DNA from: an uncultured Nitrososphaerota archaeon
GTDB taxonomy: Archaea > Thermoproteota > Nitrososphaeria > Nitrososphaerales > Gagatemarchaeaceae
Length of the DNA: 64,000 nucleotides
Assembly: GCA_963703285.1 (NCBI GenBank)
Contig: OY969807.1
Span: 1,728,001-1,792,000, forward strand
Direction: 5' to 3'
The notes beneath the pieces were generated by a model. The model made no database searches. It saw only the letters and a program-made list of their open reading frames with translations, and was not told where the DNA came from. The position numbers and the translations under genes are program-made. Shown one piece after another: positions 47,151 through 54,811 of the stretch; the stretch's first letter is position 1, and each line of letters begins with the position of its first letter.

Positions 47151-48220
47151 ACCAGATCACGGTCCATCCACCTCTGGCATTTCTGGCACCATAGTTGTCG
47201 ATGATGTGCTGAATCACCGAGGACTGGCTCTTGGAGTCTCTCCCCGCATCGAGCGCAATCCATTGTAGTGCCTCTTGTCTCGCCTTTGCTCAGGGTGATT
47301 ACAGGTACACCCTCCCACGCTGCCTTGTACTCCACCTGACGCTTCAGCTCGCCGAACGGCCATCGGTTCATCCGTCCTCTGAAGTTTCGACCTTGGCCAT
47401 TCCCCTTGCGATACAACTTTCTGATGTCCTTGATGTTTTCGAAGATGATACACTGTCTGTTCTTCCTGGCGCCTCTGACCACGTTAGTCGAGACGCGATG
47501 AAGTATCTGTCTGACTCGTTCTTGCTTCCTCTGCCCATATTTCATGGCTAGCTTCTTCCTGATTCTGATGTCGCTCCTCTTGAAAGAGCGAATTACACTC
47601 CTCGTATTCTCACCTATCTCAACCACCTTGGATACGTCGTAGTACGTGACCTGTGCTTCGTTTCCCACAGTTACGTTTCGAAGGTTCCTGTCAACTCCCA
47701 CCGCACTTTTCACGCGCTCCATTAACTCTACCGTCTTTGCGATGCAGAGTGAGAGATAACCCTCTGTTATTGTGAAGGAGCGCACATTGATTCCCGATTC
47801 CGACGATAGGATAGCCAGAGTGTGAGAGTTCAACGACACTTCTTGGAAACGACGTTCGCCAAGAGGCAGGAAGAGAGATTCATCCCTGATTTTGAAGCCG
47901 TAACAGGATAAGAGGAGTTGCTTAGAGACATAAGGTCGCTTGGTGGGGAAGCCGCGCTTCATGGATTTCCTTCTTGAAGAGAGTACGCCGGCTGCCTTTG
48001 ATATGGCGCAGAGACGATAATAAGAAGGAACCTCATCATATCGATCTCTCAGCTCTCGGTAAGCAAGGAAAGAGAGTCGTTTCATGGTATGTACGTCGTT
48101 CGCTAGTCCCAACCTGATACAGTCGTTAGTCATCAGTCTGAATTTCTCCATGAGTTCGAGAAGATCGGGAGTCGGCTGGAACCGCTGCTTGACCGACTTC
48201 CGCGCGAGAATGTTTGGCAC
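46994..48220 (-). CDS. tnpB: RNA-guided endonuclease TnpB
   Basis: RuvC-I GVDRNL, RuvC-II IFENI, CARC..CQKC zinc finger, RuvC-III DRDLVAVLNI. Confidence 0.93.
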   Translation of the reverse strand: MPNILARKSVKQRFQPTPDLLELMEKFRLMTNDCIRLGLANDVHTMKRLSFLAYRELRDRYDEVPSYYRLCAISKAAGVLSSRRKSMKRGFPTKRPYVSKQLLLSCYGFKIRDESLFLPLGERRFQEVSLNSHTLAILSSESGINVRSFTITEGYLSLCIAKTVELMERVKSAVGVDRNLRNVTVGNEAQVTYYDVSKVVEIGENTRSVIRSFKRSDIRIRKKLAMKYGQRKQERVRQILHRVSTNVVRGARKNRQCIIFENIKDIRKLYRKGNGQGRNFRGRMNRWPFGELKRQVEYKAAWEGVPVITLSKGETRGTTMDCARCGERLQEPVLGDSAHHRQLWCQKCQRWMDRDLVAVLNISRRGWLRFDQSSKGEVGEAVKGNPEGGRQQVILRVDASKPSHQTKT

Positions 48221-48327
48221 AGCATCATAGGACGAAGAGTCGATTTAAGCCCCAATGCTGAAGAAGGTATCTAACCCGACGAAGAACTCAGCAACTTTTT
48301 CTATGGGACGAATCTGTCACGGCGACA

Positions 48328-49548
48328 ATGAAGCGTCGCGACCTCCCTGACCGTCTCTTCTGGATGGCTGATGAGGACGAGATCAAGAGCGCCGAGACTA
48401 CCGACGTCTACTTCAACAACACGAAGGAGGTCTTGGCCAAGAACGGAATCGACTCCGAGGTGGTCATGGAGGTCTTCGCGAGGGACCTTCCGTACCCCGG
48501 AATCTGGGGTGTCCTCACCGGGGTCTACGAGGTCGCCAAGCTCCTGGAGGGTGTCCCGGTCGACCTCTGGTCCTTCGACGAGGGTTCGATATTCCTCGCG
48601 GACGCGAGGACGACCTTCTACGAGCCGGTCATGACGATAACTGGCAGGTACCGCGACTTCGTCGAGTACGAGAACCCGCTGCTGGGCCTGCTCTCCTCAT
48701 CGACGAGCATCTCGTCCAAGGCCGCACGCTTCAGGGCCGCCGCGGGGGAGAAGACTCTGATCAGCTTCGGGACCCGGAGGGTCCACCCTGCACTGGCTCC
48801 CCTCGTCGAGCGGAGCTGCTACGTGGCCGGCTTCGACAGCGTCTCGAACGTGCTGGGCGCGAAGCTGCTGGGCCTCGAGCCAGCGGGGACAATGCCGCAT
48901 GCGCTCGTGCAGGTCCTGGGAGACCAGGCGGAGGCGTGGCTCCTCTTCGACAGGACGATTCCCAAACGGGTCCCGAGGATAGCGCTAATCGACACCTTCT
49001 GGGACGAGAAGTCGGAGGCCATAAAGGCGTTCGAGACCCTCGGCAGCGACCTGTGGGGCGTCAGGATAGACACCCCGAGTTCGCGCAGGGGAGACCTTCG
49101 GAAGATAATCGAGGAGGTCAGGTGGGAGCTGAACATCAGGGGAGGGAAGGACGTCAAGATAATCGTCTCCGGGAGGCTGAGCGAGGAGAACATTGTACAG
49201 CTGCGCGACCTCGCCGATGGCTTCGGGGTCGGGACGGCCGTGGCATACCCTCCCGTCATCGACTTCAGCGCGAAGATTGTGGAGGTGTTCGATAAGGGGA
49301 AGCGCAGCTTCAGGGCAAAGCGCGGGGGCCTCGGCGGACGCAAGGTCGTCTTCAGGACGAAGGGATTCAGAGATACGGTAGCGCTCGAAGGGACCCCGCC
49401 CCCCAAGAAATCCGAGATGCTACTGAGACAGGTCATGAGCAAGGGAAAGATCATCTCGGAATTCAAGCCGCTCGCCGCAATCCGCGCTCAGACCCTGTCG
49501 GACATCAAGGCCATCGGCGAATCAGAGCCTCAGCTCGGCTGGATGTAG
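48328..49548 (+). CDS. pncB: nicotinate phosphoribosyltransferase
   Basis: TTDVYF, SFGTRR, GTMPHAL, LIDT, VRIDTP, FGVGT. Confidence 0.95.
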   Translation: MKRRDLPDRLFWMADEDEIKSAETTDVYFNNTKEVLAKNGIDSEVVMEVFARDLPYPGIWGVLTGVYEVAKLLEGVPVDLWSFDEGSIFLADARTTFYEPVMTITGRYRDFVEYENPLLGLLSSSTSISSKAARFRAAAGEKTLISFGTRRVHPALAPLVERSCYVAGFDSVSNVLGAKLLGLEPAGTMPHALVQVLGDQAEAWLLFDRTIPKRVPRIALIDTFWDEKSEAIKAFETLGSDLWGVRIDTPSSRRGDLRKIIEEVRWELNIRGGKDVKIIVSGRLSEENIVQLRDLADGFGVGTAVAYPPVIDFSAKIVEVFDKGKRSFRAKRGGLGGRKVVFRTKGFRDTVALEGTPPPKKSEMLLRQVMSKGKIISEFKPLAAIRAQTLSDIKAIGESEPQLGWM

Positions 49549-49551
49549 ACC

Positions 49552-50121
49552 TTGCCTAAGGCGCTCATCGTCGTAGACCTCCAGAGAGACTTCCTACCGG
49601 GCGGTGCCCTGCCCGTGAGGGGAGGGAACGAGGTGATAGAGCCGGTCAACGCGCTGATTGAACGCTTCAGCGCGGAGCGCGCCCCCATCTTCTTCACGCG
49701 GGACTGGCACCCGGACGACCACGGCTCGTTCAGGTCGCAGGGGGGGACCTGGCCGCCCCACTGCGTGAAGGGCACCCCGGGAGCCGAGTTCCCCTCCTCC
49801 CTCCACGTCCCCAGGGGAGCGGCGATAATCAGCAAGGGGACACGCAGCGACGTCGAGGCGTACTCGGGCTTCGAGGGGACCGACCTGGCGCACCGCTTGA
49901 CGGGCGTGGGCGCGAAGGAACTCTACGTAGTCGGGGTGGCGACCGACTACTGCGTCAAGAACACCGTGATTGACGGGCTGAGGGAAGGGTTCAGCGTCAC
50001 CCTCGTGAGGGACTGCGTGAGAGGCGTCAACCTCAGGCGCACAGACTCGGCCTCGGCGTTCAGGTCCATGATGGCGCACGGAGCAAGGACGACGACCAGC
50101 GGGCGACTCCTCGGGTCATGA
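49552..50121 (+). CDS. pncA: nicotinamidase
   Basis: VDLQRDF, DWHP, WPPHCV, YSGF, VATDYCV. Confidence 0.95.
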   Translation: MPKALIVVDLQRDFLPGGALPVRGGNEVIEPVNALIERFSAERAPIFFTRDWHPDDHGSFRSQGGTWPPHCVKGTPGAEFPSSLHVPRGAAIISKGTRSDVEAYSGFEGTDLAHRLTGVGAKELYVVGVATDYCVKNTVIDGLREGFSVTLVRDCVRGVNLRRTDSASAFRSMMAHGARTTTSGRLLGS

Positions 50122-50123
50122 GA

Positions 50124-50256
50124 GGACGCGTGGCGGTTTGGTCTTCATCCTGACTCGCGTCAGTCCAGATCGCCCGTCGAAGCACGCCACGCGTCCGGCG
50201 GCCCGAGGGTTCCAGAGCGCTCTTTTACTTATCGGGATGAAGCGCTCTCGCGGCCG
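50124..50256 (-). ncRNA. candidate structured ncRNA with kink-turn and GNRA-capped stem
   Basis: Perfect 12-bp stem 50124-50135/50185-50196; minus strand reads GGA-CTGAC-GCGA-GTCAG-GAT-GA; second 8-bp stem 50214-50221/50241-50248. Confidence 0.5.
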
Positions 50257-50343
50257 TGCCGCGCCTTCAACGCGCGCTATGGTTCGCCCGGCTGAGCCGG
50301 ATAACCGTTAATTACCCGTTCCAAGGTTTGGACGGAGAAAAAC

Positions 50344-50787
50344 TTGCAGCGAGACGACGAGCCCCTCGGCTGGCAGGACGCCCTCGCCCGAGACCCAGAG
50401 TACTACATGAACACCAAGCAGGGCCAGGAGGAGCTCGCCCAGATGATAAGGCGCGAGTCGGAGAGGCTCCTCGAAGAGATCGGCAAGTCCGTCAAGAAGA
50501 CCAAGGAGATCATCTGGCTCTCTCGGTACTGCACCTCCTGCAAGTTCTACTCGAAGGAAGGGTCAAGGATGACCTGCCAGAGGTGGCACGTGAGGATAGT
50601 GAAGCCGTTCTACGGACGTCCGGTATGGGAGTCGAGGCCGGTCAAGGGAAGAGAGAGCGAGAAGGAGAGGGTCGTGGCGAACATAGACTGGACGAAGAAG
50701 TGGAAGGAGATATCAAACAAGATAGTCGAGTGGGCCGTGGACAAGGTCAACGGCGGCTTCCCTTACTTCTGCTACACGCGAGACTAG
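50344..50787 (+). CDS. hypothetical Cys-motif protein
   Basis: YCTSCKFY..TC..YFCY; GC3-biased codons. Confidence 0.75.
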   Translation: MQRDDEPLGWQDALARDPEYYMNTKQGQEELAQMIRRESERLLEEIGKSVKKTKEIIWLSRYCTSCKFYSKEGSRMTCQRWHVRIVKPFYGRPVWESRPVKGRESEKERVVANIDWTKKWKEISNKIVEWAVDKVNGGFPYFCYTRD

Positions 50788-50822
50788 GAGACCACCTGCT
50801 TCGACCAAGCCGAGTTTGCGAT

Positions 50823-51731
50823 TCAGACCCTGACGACCACACGCTCTCTGGTGTGATCGTACCAGGCCCTGCCCATAGCCTCCGTGTTGAAGGCGGACCC
50901 TACCCTTCCCTTCAGGTCTACTGTAACTATTCCGGCGCTCCTCCTCCCGCTACGCCTGCCGATGAACGCGATCGAGCTCTCGGCCGCCCTAGCAGCGTCG
51001 ACCTCCTTCAGGAACTCGCATGCATTCCAGCAGAGCGCGCACTTGATGATGTCCTCGCCAGTCCCCGTGGCGCAAGCGGCACCCGCTTTTCCGTCGGCGT
51101 AGAGGCCGGCACCGAGCACGGCCGAGTCACCAACCCTGCCTGGCAGCTTCATCCACATTCCTCCGGTGCTCACGGCCGCGGCTGGGACACCATCAGAATC
51201 GATTGCTACTGCGCCAACGGTGTTTCCCTCCTGGATCGACCTGAGCATGGCGAAGTTGAGCTTGTGCTCTCTCCGCATCACGGCCTTCATCGCCGCGAAG
51301 CGTTCCGTTGCCCTCGATGAAGGCTGGAGACGACATGTCCGCAAGCCAGCGGCCTTGGCGAACCGCAGACAGTCTGGCCCGGCGATGAGCACGTGCTCCG
51401 TCTTCTCCATGACGGCCCGCGCCAGCGAGACGGGGTTGAACGTGCACTCGCAGACTCCTATCCCCGCCCCCCTCAGGCCCTTGCCCTCCATCACGGCAGC
51501 GTCGAGCTGGACCGTGCCTTCGGCCGTGAGACAGGCGCCCCTTCCAGCGTTGAACTCGCCGCAGTTTTCCATGTGCCTTACGGCTGCCTCAACGCCATCG
51601 AGAGACGAGCCCTTCTTCAAGGCTACCATCCCCTCCTCGACGGCTACCCGTAGTTCCACGAACCTTCTGTCGCCTTTCGGGAAACGTCCGCTTCCCGCAC
51701 CCCCGTGGATGATCATGGCGCGACGCGACAT
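50823..51731 (-). CDS. isoaspartyl peptidase / L-asparaginase (Ntn hydrolase)
   Basis: IIHGGAG, FNAGRG, NTVGAVA (Thr nucleophile), STGG, GRVGDS, TGTGE. Confidence 0.95.
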   Translation of the reverse strand: MSRRAMIIHGGAGSGRFPKGDRRFVELRVAVEEGMVALKKGSSLDGVEAAVRHMENCGEFNAGRGACLTAEGTVQLDAAVMEGKGLRGAGIGVCECTFNPVSLARAVMEKTEHVLIAGPDCLRFAKAAGLRTCRLQPSSRATERFAAMKAVMRREHKLNFAMLRSIQEGNTVGAVAIDSDGVPAAAVSTGGMWMKLPGRVGDSAVLGAGLYADGKAGAACATGTGEDIIKCALCWNACEFLKEVDAARAAESSIAFIGRRSGRRSAGIVTVDLKGRVGSAFNTEAMGRAWYDHTRERVVVRV

Positions 51732-51857
51732 AAAGAGAGGACAGAATCATGTCGCCCGGACAGGCTATTTAGCTGGTTTCTTCCACCGACCGTGAACTCT
51801 TCCCGATGACCCCATCTGTGCTCTTCTTGGCCAAGCCCCCTCTTGCCGCAACAGTGA

Positions 51858-54158
51858 TTAGTAGAATGAGACTATCCATCCCTGCTGCCCGTCGTAGGTC
51901 CCGTACACCCCACCCCATCCCTGTAGCATCGGAGGCGGCACCTCACTCTGCGGGCCCGCGAAGAAATAGCTGGTGTAGGGAACGCCATAGATGGTACCGC
52001 CCGGCGCTAGCCAGGTGTTCCCGAACGCATCCGTGTAGCTAGCGCCCACTGGCACGAAGACTCCTCCGGCCGTGCCAGGGAGAGGAGGGACTACTGTCAC
52101 GGTATCGCCGGGCGAGCAAGCGCTGCCCGGGGAGTGCGCAGAGTCCGTCACCTTGTAATAGTAGGTGTTGTCAAATGTCAGGGCGCCTGTGTCGTAGGTG
52201 GAGGATGTCGCTCCCGATACCGGAGAGGTGCTGCAGTCGGATGACGTGTACCACTGATAGCTGTATGAGCCGGTGCCGCCCGAAGGGTTGGCGGTCAGGG
52301 TCACCGACGCCCCACTCTGAATCACTGGAGACGAGGGCGTGGTTGGTCCCGCCTCTAGGGCAGTGTTGACCGCTACGCTGCCAGAGGAAGAGGTTACCGT
52401 GTTCGAAGCGCCGTCCGTGACCTGCAATTCAAACAGCCAGGTTCCAGCCGTGGTAGATCCGGTGGTCACGAACGAGGCCGACGCCGGCGAGCTGCAGGAG
52501 GAGGCGCCGCCGAGGGCGCTGAAGGAGCCCGCGCCGGGTGCCTCCATTAGCCACTGGCAGGTGTAGGGCGAGGTGCCCCCGCTGAACGCGGCCGAGAGGG
52601 AGGACGTCTGGCCTTGGTCGACCGTCGGCGGCGTGCCGGAGGGCGCGCTCACGAGAAGCGCAGGGTCGACCGTGAGGGCCGCGGTATTGGAGCTCGCCAG
52701 GTTGTTCGCGTCACCGGGATAAGAGGCCTGTATCGTGGCACTGCCCACGGTAGAGCCTGTAGCGGTGACCGAACAGCTCTCGGGCGATCCCGACAGGTCG
52801 CACGAGGCGAGAGAGAAGGAGACGCCCCCCGTACCTCCCGTCTGCGACCAGGTAATCGCCTCTCCAGTTATCGAACCGCTCTCACCCGTCAGGGTGGCCG
52901 TGCAGGTGGAGGAGGAGCCGACATCAACTGTATTGGAGGGAGAACAGGTGACAGCCACACCGGGAGTGGCGGGAGGAACTACTCCATACTCGACGATCCG
53001 GTTGTTCCCGTACTCTGTGACCCAGAGGTTCCCTGAGGAATCGAAGGTCACGCCATCAGCCCAACAATCACCAGTCCTAGTGGTCGTGCACGCAGTGCCG
53101 CTTAGGCTACTCTGGCCCAGCGCAGTCGTGAATGACTCCCCGCTCGAGAACGGCGTGGTATATTCCACAACCTCGCTGTTTGAGAAGACAGCGACCCAAA
53201 GATTGCCGCTGGAATCGAACGCGAGGTTGACGGGACAGCAGTACAGCGACGTGCCACTGCCACCCAACGTCAGCGCGATGTTTTGACCGTTCGGGGGGGA
53301 CCCTATGGAGTAATGAGAGGTGCTGTCGGGAGTTGTGACCCACGCAGAGCTCACCGTAAGCGTGTTGACCGTGTTCGAGCTGACGGTTCTGGACTGGCCA
53401 GCGCCTGTCCCAGAGGTTATCGTGACGACGAAATTGTGCCACTGGTTCGCGGTCCACGTCTTCGTCGTGTCCTGCAGAGTCGAACCGGTCTGCGAGCCGG
53501 TCGCTGTCCCGCTCGCAGCAAACTGGTACTCGTAGACCAGCGCGTTGTTTTGGTCAGCGACCCACAGGTCTCCTGAGGCGTCAAACGCAAGCCCTGAAGC
53601 GCCGCTGAACGGGGAGTGCGAATTGGTGACGAAGTTGCTCTCCCCAATGACAAAGCTGGCCGATTCGCTGCAGGTGAATCCGCTGCCCTTCAGATACTCG
53701 AGCACCCTGTTGTTGCCGTAGTCGGCTACCCACAGGTTGCCCGACGAGTCGAACGCAAGCCAGTGGGGATGAGTGAGGCTGGACGCGGTCGGCGGACTCG
53801 GGCCCGCGGCTGTATTGTACGCGCAGCTGCTCTGTCCTATCTCGAGGCTGGCGGACATCCCGTCACAGAACTGACCGGCAGGGCATCCGCTGGAGCCTGG
53901 CACGTACTCAAGTACTCTGTTGTTGCTCTGGTCGGCGACCCAAAGGTTGCCGTGGGAATCGAAGATTGCCTGAGTGGGGGTATGCAGCCCGCTCGCTCCC
54001 GAACCGACGGTGTTTGTGGTGTAACCCGGCTGTCCGATGACGATGCCGGCGGCCTCCCCGGTCGTCATCGCGTTAGAAGCGGGTGTGCTGATGGTCAGGA
54101 GAACGAGAATGACGGCCGTGCAGGCCGCAACCCAAAGTCTCCTAGCCCGATTGACCAT
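51858..54158 (-). CDS. secreted NHL-repeat beta-propeller + Ig-like domain protein
   Basis: Signal peptide; five FDSSGNLWVAD-type repeats; SGGTxPYxYQW Ig/PKD-like repeats. Confidence 0.9.
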   Translation of the reverse strand: MVNRARRLWVAACTAVILVLLTISTPASNAMTTGEAAGIVIGQPGYTTNTVGSGASGLHTPTQAIFDSHGNLWVADQSNNRVLEYVPGSSGCPAGQFCDGMSASLEIGQSSCAYNTAAGPSPPTASSLTHPHWLAFDSSGNLWVADYGNNRVLEYLKGSGFTCSESASFVIGESNFVTNSHSPFSGASGLAFDASGDLWVADQNNALVYEYQFAASGTATGSQTGSTLQDTTKTWTANQWHNFVVTITSGTGAGQSRTVSSNTVNTLTVSSAWVTTPDSTSHYSIGSPPNGQNIALTLGGSGTSLYCCPVNLAFDSSGNLWVAVFSNSEVVEYTTPFSSGESFTTALGQSSLSGTACTTTRTGDCWADGVTFDSSGNLWVTEYGNNRIVEYGVVPPATPGVAVTCSPSNTVDVGSSSTCTATLTGESGSITGEAITWSQTGGTGGVSFSLASCDLSGSPESCSVTATGSTVGSATIQASYPGDANNLASSNTAALTVDPALLVSAPSGTPPTVDQGQTSSLSAAFSGGTSPYTCQWLMEAPGAGSFSALGGASSCSSPASASFVTTGSTTAGTWLFELQVTDGASNTVTSSSGSVAVNTALEAGPTTPSSPVIQSGASVTLTANPSGGTGSYSYQWYTSSDCSTSPVSGATSSTYDTGALTFDNTYYYKVTDSAHSPGSACSPGDTVTVVPPLPGTAGGVFVPVGASYTDAFGNTWLAPGGTIYGVPYTSYFFAGPQSEVPPPMLQGWGGVYGTYDGQQGWIVSFY

Positions 54159-54541
54159 ACCAATCCGTCGAGAAGAGATTCAACAAGTGCCTATTTACGG
54201 TACGTGAGAGTTCCCTAGACAAATGGGTCAATTAATGTGTGAAATCTCTAACTCGCGCAGATTCGATGCGAGAAGGACCAGAGGAGCCGAAATTGCACGT
54301 GCATATGACACAGGGTGGAGGACTAGGCTCCGGAAAGGGATTGCACTTGATGTCGCAGAAAGTGCGCTCGTCGGGAATCCGAGGATGTACAGACCCCTCA
54401 CGCGGCACTCCCGATAGTTATGCCACAGCCGGACTCGGCCGTCCTGCTAGGCGGTTCGGCGGAATCAGCCCTCTGCACTTTTCTCGGCCGAAGCCAATAA
54501 CCAATTCTTATATCTTGAGGACAAAGAGGCCCGCAACGATT

Positions 54542-54663
54542 GGCCGCGGTGGTGTAGTCGTCTCTCGAGATGGGTGACGGCACAACTTGGTTAGCATTGG
54601 GCGCTGTGGAGGAATCAGACCTCAGATACGCCTCGACCGTGGGTTCAAATCCCACCCGCGGCC
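54542..54663 (+). tRNA. tRNA-His(GTG) with encoded G-1 and two introns (15/16: 54558-54585; 37/38: 54610-54627)
   Basis: G-1:C73; acceptor GCCGCGG/CCGCGGC; anticodon GTG 54606-54608; BHB GTGT/GCAC and relaxed CTGT/TCAG; TATA CTTATAT at 54507. Confidence 0.92.
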
Positions 54664-54811
54664 CCTTTTGCTCAATAGAGGTCTTAACCACCCTTATTTA
54701 GGACAAAAAGACGATACCTGATTTTTGATGTTGTTTAGAATGTAGAACAAAATTCACCCAAAGATTCGATTCGCGGCACTCCCTCTTTGTTAAAAGGGCC
54801 GTCTTGTCTCC

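Larger units (their letters stand above)
46987..48293 (-). mobile_element. solo-tnpB IS200/IS605-family (IS1341-type) element; boundaries approximate
   Basis: tnpB without tnpA; visibly lower GC; flanked by ACTTTTTC at 46979-46986 and 48294-48301. Confidence 0.75.

Noticed and set aside
46994-48220. TnpB as a Cas12f CRISPR effector
   Set aside because: No repeat-spacer array or cas genes seen anywhere in the window
29913-54663. Integrated element bounded by tRNA att sites
   Set aside because: No duplicated tRNA 3' end and no integrase seen; the two tRNAs share only the generic T-loop
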